Made by a program: the position numbers and the translations under genes. Below the pieces are notes generated by a model. That model ran no database searches, was not told the DNA's origin, and saw only the letters and a program-made list of their open reading frames with translations. Of a DNA stretch of 64,000 nt, positions 35,230 to 48,747 are shown piece by piece (positions within the stretch are counted from its first letter, which is position 1; the number at the start of each line of letters is the position of its first letter). The stretch covers positions 686,499 to 750,498 of the forward strand of contig NW_003314323.1 in NCBI RefSeq assembly GCF_000143415.4, given 5' to 3'. The DNA is from Selaginella moellendorffii. Lineage: Eukaryota; Plantae; Lycopodiophyta.

Positions 35230-36923
35230 CTAAATCAAAAGCTTTTGATAAATGAAATGGTTCCATGTGTCCACAGCCCCTGGTAAGCACCAGTGCAAGC
35301 AGTCATTTCTCCGTGGCTTACCTGGTTCCTGTGTCTTGAAGAAATTTGGATGCCCATCCGGCCTCATGAATGCGCTGTAAGTGACGTCCAAAACATCAAA
35401 CCTACTAGCATTCGCCAGCCCCGCCACCTTTCCTCTCTCTACCTCCGCCACCTTTGCTCTCTCCACCTCCTCCCTCTGGATCCTGTTCATCCCGCTGCTC
35501 ATGAAGGGCAGCCGTACGCTCCCGGGGGAGTATGGCACGGTACGGTTGCACACCCCGCCGGCGTACCACGCCCCGTGCTCGAAGTGATCGACCGTCACCG
35601 TCCTCGCGATGGTAACACCGCGGAACTCCCGCAGCAGGTAGCCCAGGACGCTGCGGTACGCTAGCCGGTAGGCCTCTAGCTGGTCGACCTTAGTGACACC
35701 ATCGCCAGCAGCATTGCATGGGTTGCAACCAAGAACTTTGGAGGAGTTGTAGTAGACGCTGGGGCGGTAGTACCAGTATCCCGTGGAGATCACCGCAACG
35801 TCGTACTGGAGGACCTTGGAGGCCCAGATATCGTCCGGGGTGTCGAGGAAGACGCGGTAGGGATCGCTAGGAGATGTTCCAGGCGAGAACTTGACGAGGA
35901 ACGGTGACCAGATGTGCGTGAGCGTGAAGTTGTGGCGGTCGAATCCCCACCGCATCTCCTTGTCCGACTCCTCGAAGAAGATGATCTGGGGTCTCTCGAG
36001 CTTGTGGGGCTCTTCCACCTAGACGAGAAAGTTTCCAAAAGTTTCTAGGAGCTCTTTGCTTGGAACTTGGAGGCTTACTTGGGCGAGCGCGCAGAGGAGA
36101 GATTGCATATGGTTTCTGGCCATGGAGTCGCCGATGAAGATCATCTTTTTGTTTGTCATGCGGCGAAGGAAGTCGCGGGGATCCAGAGGTGGTAGCTCGC
36201 AATCGTCGGGCTTCCACCTCCAGTTGAGGTACGTCAGGTCGGGCCTTCCATTTTTCACGCAGTTTTGGTTCGGCTGGATGAACTTGCACGTCTCGTTGGT
36301 GTAGAGCGGAGGTGTTGAATCGGGCACCCAGTTACCCTTTGAAAGATCACACTTTTCTCCTGAAAAAAAAAACAAGAAAGATAAAAGGAGAAAAAAAGGC
36401 AAAAAGTTCGAAAAAAGCTACCTGAGCTTGATGGTGGATTGCTGGATCTCTCCTCTAAAAAAAAATCGAATATAAGCTAAGCATCGACCAATCCAAGTTG
36501 AGAATTTACCTGTGGTGTCCGTGGCTTGGTCATGTTTCTCTGAAATCATCCAGTTATAAAACGGGAAGTGATTGATTCCATAACTTTACCTGATCCTGGA
36601 ACATAGATCCAATCAGGAAACCAGATAAAAGAAGAAGTAAAAATACCTGAAGGAGAAGGAGATGGAGCATCACCGGTTGTCTCCTTTGCATTGCTGGGTG
36701 TGTCTAGAGAACCAAACTCTCAGATCCAAAGAGAAAGACTTGCAAAACCACTAAAATGAGGGTAAATTTTAGCCAAACCTGACAATGAGTCCCGGATCCT
36801 GCTGTTGATGGCGGCGAGCTCCGCCTCAAAATCCTGCCCTGGAAGGAAAGACAAGTAAACGAACCACAGATTGAGCAGCGTGAAGACGATCACTATGATC
36901 GATGTAACAGCGGCGTTCGCCAT
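35230..36923 (-). CDS. TBL: Trichome birefringence-like (TBL) polysaccharide O-acetyltransferase, copy 1
   Basis: N-terminal TM; CDLSKGNWVPD, QNCVKNGRPD..WRWKP..C, FIGDSMARNH (GDS), RPDGHP, DCLHWCLPG (DxxH). Confidence 0.93.
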
Positions 36924-37565
36924 AGCTTCATGGTGTTTCTAGAAATCCAGACAGAAAAACCAGGCAGGAAAGAAGGGATCTCCAATCGACTGGATGGAGG
37001 GATTCAAAGCCTCCAGCCGGGAAGTAGCTCTCCAATCGGCATCACCGCAACTATTCCTTGTGCTTGTCACTACGTGCTTACGGGAGAGAGAGCAAGAGAA
37101 AAAGCATCTTTCCGAAAAGAAATAAACATACCTTCCAGTCACGAAGACACGCTGTGTGATACTTGGTGGGGCGTTTAAGTCCGCGGGATTGTCAATCTCA
37201 AAGTGGTCCTGTGCTGTCACAAAGAACAAGGGAACTAATAATCAACCGAGACCCACTGGAACTTTTGGTGGAGCAATCCTTGTCGTGGAGCATTCCTGTT
37301 TGAAGACACGATCAAAGAAACCAATTCAAAACAAACACTGGTTGCAAGAAAAAATGGTGAAAGTTTGCTCGATCAGTAACACTGGAGGTAAAAGAAAAGT
37401 TTTCTGGATCGACCGTGAAAACGTTTCGATCTTATGCTTACTACCGGACTGTTAGCTTCGGAGCCGGAGAACAGCTCGAGCTCGAGCTGGAAGAATCGTA
37501 CCGAAAAACCAAAAGAAAAAAAGAAAACCAAAGAATAGATCGATCGAGATTCGAGATCGATCACT

Positions 37566-39158
37566 TCATCCTCCTCGAACCTTGTGAAACTGTCTCAACT
37601 TGGAGTCCCCCATCTCGCTCTTCCTCCGCGTCTCGATCAGCAAGTGGAAGAGAAGCTGGTTCCACGTATCGATCGGGCCGGGCAAGCACCAGTGCAAGCA
37701 ATCGTTCTGCGGCCTCTCGCCCGGCGGCTGGACGCGAAAGGTGTTTGGATGCCCGTCGGGCCTCAAGAACGAGCTCCAAGTCACATTCAACACCGCCATC
37801 TTCTTCTTCCCACTTTGATCCTCCCGCAACACTCGCTCAAACTCCTCCACCTGGATGTGGTTCATCTCGTTGCTCATCCACGGCAGCTCCAAGCCGGCTG
37901 CCTGATCGAACGGGATCGTCCGGTTGCACAGCCCCCCCGTGTTCCAGGAGCCGTGCTCGAAGTGATCCACCGTGATCGTCCGGAGAACCGTGACCCCCCG
38001 GAAGTTGGCGGCCATGAATTCGAGCATGTTGCGGTGCGCGAGCCTGTAGGCCGGGAGGACCTCGAAGATGGGCAAGTTGAGGTGCGACCGAGGATTGCAT
38101 CCCAGGATGGTGTTGTTGGAGTAGTAGACGCTGGGGCGGAAGAACCAGTAGCCGGACGAGAGGATCGCGACGTCGTATTCGTGGAGCTGCGTCTCCCACA
38201 CGCTCTCCGGGACGTCGAGATGGATGTGGTAGATCTCGTCCACGAACTCGTGCTGCGCGAGGAACGGCGACCAGAGGTGGCCCAGCGTGAAGTTGTGCGA
38301 TCGAAACCCCCATTTCATGATCTTGTCATCGGTGTCAAAGAAGATCTTCTCGGGCTCCTCCACCTGTTGTTCATCGTCAACCTTTAGAGCTCCACCGGAG
38401 AAGTTCTAAGAGATTGTTAGAGATTTACCTGGGCGAGAGCGCACAGCAAGGATTGCATGTGGTTGCGAGCGATGGAATCGCCGATAAACACCATCTTCTT
38501 GCCGCGCATGGAGTCGAGAAACTTGGCTGGATCCAAGCTCTCCAGCTCGCAGCCGTCGGGCTTCCACCGCCAATCCAAGTACCCTCGATCGGGCCTCCCA
38601 TTCATCATACAGTTCTGCGAGGGCTGGATGAACGCGCACGTCTCGTTCGTGTACAGTGGCGTCCGGCTCGAATCGGGAATCCATTTTCCCACAGAGATGT
38701 CACACTCTTAGAAAGAAAGAAAGATAATCGATCAGATGGGTCCAGGATCCTGGGACCGATTCCCAAAACCGAGTACCTGGGCTCGCGATTTCCTCTATTG
38801 GGTCACTGGAACTGCCATTCCCTCCCGGTAATTCGCACCCCTCGCATTGCTGATCGACCGATGGGGACGAAGAACCAATACCTGGAGCTGGAGAATTGTC
38901 GATTTCTCGTGGTGGGTCGCTCGAGTTCACGGTGGCGGGGGCGCTCCGGGCAGCGCCAGCGCCAGCGGCAGGAGAGAGGTCGATTTCGTGCCTGGCACCA
39001 ATGTCAGGCGCAGTGGTAAACGCGCCATCTTCGCTTCCTGGCCAACGAACAAAGGAGGAGAAGGAGAAGAACCAGCAATTAGCGAAGAGGGCGATGGCGG
39101 CCACCGTTGCAAACGCCAGTGCCGTTCGCCCACCGCCCATCGCCGCCTCCTTTCTCAT
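37566..39158 (-). CDS. TBL: TBL polysaccharide O-acetyltransferase, copy 2 (tandem paralogue)
   Basis: TM helix; QNCMMNGRPD..WRWKP; FIGDSIARNHMQSLLC; RTITVDHFEHGSW; RPDGHP; NDCLHWCLPGPIDTWN. Confidence 0.93.
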
Positions 39159-39813
39159 GGCCTTGGAGGACCGCTTGCCGCATCTCTCTGGGTGGTCACT
39201 GCCGAGCCATGCCAAACAAAACGGCGACCATTTCAACCCCTCTTTTCTTCCAGGGTACATAAAGCTGGTCATGTTCTTGCGGCTGGGATACAAAAGCATA
39301 AATGCAAAAGCAAAGCAACGCGCAAGAGAGAGATCTTTCTCTTCTTTCGAGGCAAAAGAGCTCTCTCTCTCTCTCTCGATCGGCGCTTCCTGCACACGGC
39401 GACATTCCCTTTTGTTTTGCGATGATCGCGCCCGGTTCGTTACGTCGGGTGGAATGGAATAGGCGCGCCTGCCATGCTTCGTCTTGACGAACAATCAACT
39501 CCCAGCGATTCCCCTGTTTTTAGGGCACCCAGAAATTTAGGTCAAAATCAGGAATTTAAATTTCGAGATTCGCGCTATAGTTAACGTGCACGGCCACGCA
39601 AGCTTTCTTTCCGCGCCACGTGCTTGGGCCAGGGCATGGGCCACTGGCCAAAACCCGCGTGGCGGTACGGCTATTGGATAAACCCAAGCCCGCATCGTCA
39701 CCGTTTCAACCGACGGCTGCGATGGCGCCACATTGCGATATATTAGCGCGTTTTGGCCCATGCATTGAAAGGGTCCGCTTCTTCTTTCGCTGCTCTCTTT
39801 GGGTTCTCCGGCT

Positions 39814-40592
39814 ATGGGACTTCTCGACAAGCTGTGGGACGATGTAGTCGCGGGGCCAAAACCATCCGAGGGCCTCGGCAAGCTGAGGAGGAAGAGCAAT
39901 CCAGGTGAGCGATCGATCTTTCCCTGCTTTTCGCTTTCTTCGGGCGGATTTTGCTGGATTTCCTTGCTCTTGCTTGTGTTTTAGCTGATCTTGTGATGGA
40001 TCGGTCGATATTCCAGCGGGTGAGAACGGCGATCGGCGATTCCAGCAGCGGAGCAAGAGCATCGCTGTTCCTAGGCGGCCGCCGGCCTTGAATGTCGAGT
40101 GCGAGGCCTCGTCGCCCTCTTCGTCGTCGCTGCCGTCGACGCCGCTGGGATCGAGCCCTCTAAATTCCCCCTCGCCTGTGCCATCTCCGGGTATGAACTT
40201 CTCTATCGATAATCTCTAGCAGTGTCTTGAAATTCTCTCTTTGCTATCGTCTTTAGATTTCCCCCTTCTTTGTCAGTGTCTTCTACATTCGATTTGTTCT
40301 TTAGTTTTGCGTTTTGCTAGTTCTAGATTTTGCTATCTTCACAAATTGGCTCTCTAGGCCTAGTTCTAGATTTTGCTATCGTTTCTTCGCTAACGCTTGG
40401 ATCTTTCTCATCTTTCCAGCCTCGAGAATGCGGCACAGTCTGTTTCGTCAATGCAACAATAGTTTCACGACCCAATCCGATCTGTAAGTTCCTTTCCGCT
40501 GCCGAATTTTCCTACCAAAGTTTTGGTGACATCTTCTCACGGAGAGAATCGACTTTTTTGGCAGGATGGTCATTAGTGCGCTGGACAAGTGA
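39814..40592 (+). CDS. Dormancy/auxin-associated (DRM1/ARP) family protein, 4 exons
   Basis: MGLLDKLWDDVVAGPKPSEGLGKLRR, Ser/Pro-rich middle, C-terminal DLMVISALDK*. Confidence 0.85.
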
Positions 40593-41243
40593 TCGATCGT
40601 TACGATCTACACTTGGAAGATATGTAAGATCCCTGGTGCGTAACGCGGCCTGGTCCTGCGCGGTGGCTCTGCGTCCAAAGCCATCGATGACGATGAAGAT
40701 GATGATGAAAAATAGTGTAAAGTTTTGTATCAAAGTACCTTGTGTGGTCCTGGGACTCGAATCCCGCCCTTCTAAGCAAAAGAAGTGTTTGTGTGGTTTC
40801 GTTCTTATCGCGAAGCTTTGTATTACTCGGTCTCCGCGTTTGTGGTGTCATTCTTATCTGTAACTTATCTACGCGTTTGAGAACTCCTGCAAAGAACTTT
40901 GTAGCAAAGGAGGTGGCGAAAGAGAACTTTCGTACCATTCAGTCGCAAGACAATCGTGATTCTTGAAGAAAGCCATTGATCCACGCAAAATCCTGGGAAG
41001 CGAATAAAGAATAACACACACACAAAAAAAAAAGTGTGGTCAAATGTACCTCGTTCACGCAATCTCGCTCGAGCGTTTCCAGGCTCCACCATATCCATTT
41101 TGTTGTCCCTTCTAGAGCTTTCCACGAGCTTCCTCTGAGCAAGCGGGACTTTCCCGTGATTCGGCCGGACAACAAAGAAGAAACCCGAGAGCTTTTGGGT
41201 GGTGCGTCGCATCGGATCAAGCTCTCCTGGGAAAAACTGACTT

Positions 41244-42946
41244 TCAGTGAAGCTGCTTGATCAAAGGCCTTTCCGGAAGTCGAGAGAGTATCCCTATCGT
41301 CTCCTCGTCGGCTTCCACCCCGTCAGCTTCCAATCTCTCCATGAATCCAGCCACAGGCTCCCTCGCCACCTCGTACGCCCTGAGCAGCGCGTTGAACAGC
41401 CTCACGTCCGTCTTCCACTTCTCCAGCCTCCAGTTCCGGAAGAGAGTTTCGCAAGCCACAACTTCGCCTCGCTCTGCCAACGCCAGCATCATCATCCGGC
41501 ACGTCCCAACCCACGGCTTTATGTCCTTTCTCGGCTCGGTCGACATGAACTTCCGTTCCTGCGGGGAGAGCTCGAACGGGACCCGGAACACCTGCCTTTC
41601 CAGCTGAAACAAATCCAGGGCCCTTTGGATGTTGTCGTTCTTGAGATGAATCGCAATCAGGTGGTGATACGTCGCTGGATCCGGCTTAAATCCCATCTGA
41701 TGGATCTTTCTCAGTAACGACTCGGCCCGCAGCACAAAGTTTCCGGCCTGACAAACTTGCAGCATCACGTTGCACACAGTTATGTGCATCTTTCTCTGGG
41801 CCGCGAGAGCGAGAAATCCCGACTCTGCCTGTTCAAACAGCCCAACCTTTGCCGAGCTCCTGATCATGCAGATGTAGTCCTCGGCAGTGGGATCCATCCT
41901 GCTCGTAATGTCCCAGATCCTCTTCACCCCTTCCACGTCGCCGATAAACCCGTAGATAACGATGATCACGTTGTAAGTCCTTCGCAGCCTGTTAAACTTC
42001 CCGGTTTCCATGCCGTCCTCCACCACCATCAGCATCTCCTTGGCCTTGTCCACCATCCCGGCCCGCCCGTAGGAACTAGCAAGCATGCAGTACGTGTGCT
42101 CGTCCAGAAAGTTCTTAGACTCCATCATTTCGACGAGGCTCTCCATCTCGGCCACACCCCCGGCTCTGAAAGTCATCGGCAGCAAAATGTTGAAGGAGCA
42201 CATATTGAGAGACTGGCCAGCCTCCTCGGCGTCTCGGATGAGCTCGGCCACCTTCCAGAAAACTTGGTGCTTCTGGTAAAGAGTGAGCATCATGTTGATC
42301 GGTGAGATAGAACGCAATCCCCACCTCTTGAGCGTCGTGTAGATCGATTCCGCGTCGGCAGCCATGCTGTGCCTCACGTACATGGAAAGAAGAACCGTGT
42401 AGCCCTCTCGGGATTTCCAGTCGGCCGGGAGATTGTCAAACATTTCCCTTGCTCGCGTCACACTCACTCTGGAAACCAAGTCGATGTGGTTGAGAGCTTC
42501 CTTGTGGTCGTATGGGATCACTCTCTTCTTGTAAGCTATCCAATCCGATATCTGGAAGAGAAAGGGAGAACTTTAGATCACAGGGATCCCTGGAAGAAAT
42601 TGCGACTCACCCGGAGAGCGTGATGGAATCGCTTGCGCCTGCGCAGCTTGTGGCGGACGATAATCAGTCCATACCTGGTGATCTCGTTGCCCTCCGCCAT
42701 CCATTCCTCGACGATCGGCACCACCAGGTGATCCTGGCACCACTTGAGCCTCGAAATCCTCCTGGCGAGCTCCGCGTGCGCGACTGTCTCCGGCGTCACG
42801 CCGCAGGGATTCTTCCTCGTGATGTAATCCACCAGCGGCGGCCCATCGAAATGGCCGCTATCCCATCCCAGCGCCGTGGACATCGCTCGCCGCCCTAGGA
42901 GCTGGAGCTGGAGCCGGCATTCTCGTAACGCATTCCAGGCAGCCAT
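41244..42946 (-). CDS. P-class PPR protein, likely mitochondrial, one intron
   Basis: Presequence MAAWNALRECRL..RRAMST; VVPIVEEWMAEG..KLRRRKRFHHALR|ISDWI; tandem P-type repeats. Confidence 0.85.
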
Positions 42947-43213
42947 AGCTAGGGCAATACATTGGGAATATCCTTGACAGAGATCTGGGCCGTTGATTTT
43001 GAGCTGGCAAAAATGGCGGGACTGTTTTTAGGGTTTATTGTGACGTGGTGAAGGGGCGTTTCCTCGGCGATGGCTGTTCTTCGGGGAGATTGGATGAATT
43101 GGCGAAGGGGCGAGTGACGAGCTTGTGTAAGTTTCGTCATTCCTCTGCGTTTTTTGCCGAATCGAAATCGGCGCTGTGTTCTTGCAGGCTTCTTTTTCAT
43201 GAGCGGATGAAGC

Positions 43214-45312
43214 ATGGGGCGATCAACGAGCTCCAAGGCCAGCAAAGACAATGACGGCGGCGAGAAGATTAGCATCACGGACCAAGTCCGGCTCTACGGC
43301 ATCTACATGTATGTGGATTTTGTTTTTGTTTTTCGCTTTCGTGTGGAGGGGATAATTTTTTCGAAGAAATCAATGAAGTGAAGAGCAGAAGGTTGCATTG
43401 GAAGATGCGAGAAAACTTATCGAGAAGCTCCAAAGGGACTTTAACCAGCTTCGACTGGAACGAGATATCATCCAACAAGAAGCTGTAAGTTCTCCTTTTC
43501 TTCCAAGGTTTGTGAATTTCTCATTGTTCTGCTCTTCGTTCTAGTTTGCGTCCACGGAGTTTTACGAGCATGATATAAAGCAGAAGAAAGAACTAATCCA
43601 GGAGTTGGAAACTAAGCTAGAAAATGTAAGCGTTCTAAAGCTGTTTCATGATCGGTATCTTCTCGTTTCTTTTGCAGAAAGAGAACGAGAATGTATCCAT
43701 AAAGAAGCAGTGGCAAGACGAGCTCGCGGCTACTCTTACTGCTGCCAAGATGGAGAAGGCCGAGCTCATCAATCACATTGGCAAGATCGAAAAAGAGCTC
43801 TACACCTTGCAGCACTTTTCGGAGAAAAAGGTAGATTATGGCTTTCATTTCGGAATATCTGACTTTGCAAGTTTTGGATTTCAGGCACAACTTGAAGCCA
43901 AGCTTGCCGCCGCAGATGCCGAGAATGTCCAGCTCGTAGAGAAGCACGGCAACGAGTTAGCGGAGCTCGAAAGAAAATACATAGAGCAAGTAAGTATCGG
44001 CTACCACCGTCGTCATAAACTCCTTGCCTTTTCCAGGGAATCAACATGAAAAAAGACTTTGAGAAGAGCCTGGATGAAATCCACAGGAAGCTAAACTCCG
44101 AGATCGAGGACCGCGTCGGGCAACGAGTGAGAGACATCCTTGCCGAGGTACGTGATTTGTTTTTCCGGAGGAAGTACAAAGAGTTTTGTGTATGAAGGTG
44201 GCAGAATGAACGACTTGGCAACGAAATCCGGATGCACGTCGAGATAACCGGCAATCTCCAGAGGGAAATTGATATCATCCAGGCGGATGCCGCTGGAGTG
44301 ACACGAGACATCGATTTGCTGCGGGAGGCCGACGGGCTTCATATGCAAAGGAGCAGCACACAGGCCCGAGTTATCGCCGAAAGCAACTCAAGAGTACACG
44401 CCATTATCACTAAGATCCTCTCCTTCGTTCTTACAGCTTTTATTCCAGCTAGTGAGGCTCGAGCAAAGCATTGGCAATGTCGTTCGTCAGTATGGATCCG
44501 AGAGACGCGCCTTGGAGGACGAGCATCTCAAAAGCATCGCGGACTTCCAGCTTGAGAAACAGGCAAGAGAAACCTCTCATCGTTCTCGCGTTTCTCACAA
44601 AAGTTTTTGCTTGATCTCGCAGACAATGCGGCGGATCCTCCAGACGAAAGCCAAGGAGCTCCGGCGCGTGAGGCAGCTCGCCCAGCAAGTCCTCCGCGAG
44701 CGCGGCGAGGTGGAGTCGTTCCTCATCGAGTCGCTCCACACGGTGGTGGAGGAGATCAAAAAGTCCAAGAAGCAGCAAACGCCGCCAATCCTCACCAAAG
44801 CCATGCTGCGCGCGTGCAGCGAGCAGAAGAAACCCGACGCCTCCTCCAAGCCGGCCACGTCCTCGTCGCCGCCATCGCCAAGCTCGCAAAAGTCGTCCTC
44901 GGCCCGGTCAGCGCAGTCGGCAAAGTCGGCGCAGTCAGCGAAGTCAGCGCAGTCGGCCAAGTCAGCGCACTCGGTTGACTCCGCCGCCGCCAAGCCCAAG
45001 CCCAACCGCGCGGTCAACAAGCTGGTCAAGTCGAAGTCGCAGCTGGAGGGGGAGACGCAGCTGGACGTGATGGGGCAGATGGAGGAGGTGCCGGTGCGGC
45101 TGGAGGCGGCGGTGGACGTGTCGCAGCTCAGCTGGGGCGACAAGGAGAAGGTCCTGCGCTACCTGTTTGCCAAGATCAACAGCGCGCACCAGATCCCCGG
45201 CAGCGTCGTCATGAGCCAGGCGCGCTACCCCGAGCTCTTCGACGACGACGACGACGCCGAGGAGCAGCACCTGTTTGGATCCGTCAGCGACGCGGGCAGG
45301 GTCCTCGTTTGA
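43214..45312 (+). CDS. BBOF1: Basal body-orientation factor 1 (CCDC176)-like ciliary coiled-coil protein, multi-exon
   Basis: Long coiled coil; KELRRVRQLAQQVLRERGEVESFLIESLHTV and VDVSQLSWGDKEKVLRYLFAKIN match the recalled BBOF1 motifs (KLAKNILDERTEVERFFLDAL; DLTWEQKEKVLRLLFAKMN). Confidence 0.78.
44908..44973 (+). repeat. Coding 18-bp tandem repeat, (SAQSAK)x~3.7
   Basis: tcagcgcagtcggcaaag tcggcgcagtcagcgaag tcagcgcagtcggccaag tcagcgcactcg. Confidence 0.9.
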
Positions 45313-46092
45313 AACAATGCGGAGCTTGGAAATTAGGGTTGTGTCCGTATCAGTTTCGTATAATGAGGAATAGAACGTTCAAGAGTAGCACGTTAGTCAT
45401 GCTCAACACGCTTGTGAATGAACGGCAGATGGAAAGCACCCTTGGTTGACCAGAGCAAAAGCAGCACCTATTCATGTGATCGAAAAAGATGGCATTGACG
45501 TTCTTCTGTCCAGGAGCGAGAGAAAGGAAAAGCACTTTTGTGCTGGCTCGTCTCTCCGCTACCAATCCATGTTTATTTCTCCCGCTCCAAACAATTTTGG
45601 TGCCAGCGGCAGCCAGGAGGAATTTAATGGCGCTCGCATCGGATCGATACTTTCGTCTCCACCAGCAACAGTCTTTCAATGTCCCTGCTGCTCTGGTCCC
45701 TGCAAGTGCAAGCCATACCATATTCATCCAAAGAGATCTCGTCGCTCTTTTCCTTGTCTCTGATCGCGATTTTTTTAAGGCTGCTGCTGCTGCCACATTT
45801 CGTGATGATCGAGCAGCAGCCTCCACGACTGCTGTTGATCTGGCTGGCCCGATTCAGTAGCTATAATCTGGTGGGAGAGCTTTAACTCGCGACCAACACA
45901 TCTTTCTTAGTCACAAAACCATTCACAATATACCACTCCTCTGTACACGCAGCGCTAAAATGCTGCTGCGTTTCTTGGCTTTTCCTTCGTCAGGGCTCCT
46001 GGAAAAATCGAGGCTTTGATCGATCAGAGCCAAAAAGCGAAACGATGTCACACCTTGCGAGTTGCACAGCGTCCAGTTGGCAAGCTTTCCAC

Positions 46093-47823
46093 TCAGTTCT
46101 TCACGGGATGATAGACAAGCTTGGACGATTCCAAAGGCGACTTTCGTCGGGGCTGGACGGCACACCTTACGGCCTTGAACACGAACATTTGCTACAAAAC
46201 CAAGCCATTAGCCACAGTTGCAAAACCAAAGACGTTTGTTACCAGGAGCCTCGAGCTTCTCCGTATTCGCGTCACCACCCACCTCCTCTGCCCGGACGAG
46301 CTAGCGCTTCGCATCAATCGAAACCGAGATGGAGCGAGCCTCGGCGACGCACAGCCGCAGGACATTGCTCCTCCAGCCGCAGCTGACTCCTCAAAACCCA
46401 AAGCCCTATCTTGATCGATCTCACCGGAGCCGAGCTTGAGCACCTTGTCCGATTCAACATCGCCCTCCTCGTCCGCGCGCTGGAGCAACACAATTTGCCC
46501 GCTGCTTGGCACCGAGGCCGACTCATCCTTGGCGCTCTCCGAACCTTCAATGCTGTGGAAGTACGCAGCGAGCGTCGGAGCCCACATCTCCACATCCTGG
46601 CTACCACGGAACTTCTCGCGCTTGGATCGCAGCCAATCGGGATGGAGAATTCTCTCGATCGATCGGGTAATAGAGACCTTAACGCTGCTACGGCCACCCT
46701 TGAAACAATCCTCTATCACCGCTGCTGGATTCGCCACACTGGTAGTAGTCCCCGACTCGGCGTCCGAGACCACCGCCGAGTCGGAGATGGTGTCCGAGGA
46801 TGAAGCGCTGCACGACGCGCTGCTCTGGTCGGGGCCGCACAGTATGCTCGTCGGAGAGCTTGGGTCGACCGTCTTACCGTCGGCGGTACCGTGTTGGACG
46901 GCTGGAGAGCTCGAGTTACCGTCCGCGGCAAGCGAGACCGCTGCTAACAGCAATCCTTGCCTGTGATTGACGGACTGCGCTCGGCGCTGGGAGAAGTTCG
47001 AGGAGATCGCGGATTTGTGGAGAGTGGCGCTGCGGCTGAGACGAGGAGGGAGCTGGAGGGTTGGATCCGGCTTCTCCAACGAGGGCTTGGGCTTGCCTGG
47101 CGCTTCCTCCCACTTGAATGGCACCGAAGCCGAGCACTTGAAAGACGATTCCCCCTGTTCCTCCCGAGCTGCCGCTCGATTGGCAAGGAGAAATTTCGGA
47201 CCCGGAGAACCGACGAGATCGTAGCGGCGGGAATCGAAGCTCTGGGAGCGCTGATCGTCGATGTTGAGATTGCTGTGGTGGCGGCTGGAGGGATTTCCAG
47301 CTGCTGCCAGGTCCTTGAGCTGCGAGATGGAGCAATCGGAGGCGACGAGAGGGAGGTAGCTGTCGTCGCGGCTGCACAGGAGCTTCATCCTGGAGGAGAG
47401 AGCGTGAAGATTATCGTCGAGCGACAGCGCTCGCATTTTCCTCGTCACGACGAATCCCAGCTTCTTGCAAGCATCGCCGGCGGCATTCACATTCTTCTCG
47501 CCGCACAGTCGCGGCAATGCGAGACCACTCCACGACGAAGATCGCCGCTTCTTGCCCGGGATTTGTTCCTCCTCCCCCTCTTTCACAGCAGCGTGGCGGC
47601 AATCCTGGGAAAAAGAAGCGAGATTCTCAGCGGAGGAGGCATCAGTGGACACGAGAAGCGCCGAAATCTCTGAATCCTCGCAAATCCTCCCCCGATCGTC
47701 GAAAACCTGGCAGCACGCAACACCGCTTATCGAATCCTGCGCTTCTTGATCGCAACGCTCGCATTCCCGATCACGAAACGGCTGCGTCACTCGCCTCCGC
47801 CTACTCCGTACCGTCGAGGCCAT
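46093..47823 (-). CDS. DUF688-like, largely disordered plant protein (probable intron ~46242-46192)
   Basis: SASVPFKWEEAPGKPK and LQLPPRL motifs; Ser-rich. A GTAAC...TTGTAG intron joins a final exon QMFVFKAVRC...VKN*. Confidence 0.7.
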
Positions 47824-48747
47824 CGATAAGCCAAAAACAAAGGAACAAAAGAACCCTATTCCGCCATAGCCACCACGATCACGTAAAAGGTTAAAATTTT
47901 GAAAATTTTGAAAACTTTTACGAATTACGGCGCGCGTGTAATGCCGGTCAAACAGTTTACCGCCCAGCGAATGGGGTGGCGCCAGATGGCGAGATTTGTC
48001 TTCTAACTTAACTAGTAACGGCGAAATTTGCCGCCGTCACAAACAGTCTTTAATGCGCGCCGACGGAATCTGAGTGTGAGGAACAGAATATGCGTAGCAG
48101 TGTGACCGTTAGGGCTTTAATACTTCACCGACGTGGGAAGTGATTCATTACTATGGAACGGAAGAATTCCATCCATCATCAGAAAACTATAGAAGTTCTA
48201 GTAAGAAATTTCATGGAAACCTGTGATTTGCCAACTCAATCGAATCATCGAATCAAAGGAGAAAAGTCTGACCAAAAATCGCGACTTTGGTGAGTTTGTT
48301 TGTATACAATGAAGAGAGAACCGAAAATTCGAACTCCACATCGATCCTGAAAGGCATATCACCAGTTCCAGCCCGCTCTTAAAGGCAACTCCTTTGTACC
48401 TTTCCAAGCCGGTGTTAGCGCATCGCTACGAGTAGCTTTGCAACGATTTCAAAAGCATGAAATGGATGGTCCGCAAAGCAAAAGCCAGCGATTGCGAGTA
48501 GAACACCTGGAAAGATTGTGATCCATAGTTAGTTGATCAACTTCGGCGAGAACTGGAAGAAATTGATCACTTCCAAAAAACTAAGAAAAACTTTCCATTC
48601 ACCTGTGAAAAGCTCTCTGGAAAATTATCCTCAATGCCGTAGCCTCTCAAAGTTCCCTCGATCTCCATGGGTCCAGTTACTTCTACAAAACCATCGCTCG
48701 CGTTAGAATCAAAGCTCTCGAAATGCTTACCGCCATCGTCCTCGGTT

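Noticed and set aside
48200-48747. Split or frameshifted DYW domain after the PPR stop
   Set aside because: No HSEKLA, CxxCH or DYW motifs are visible downstream.
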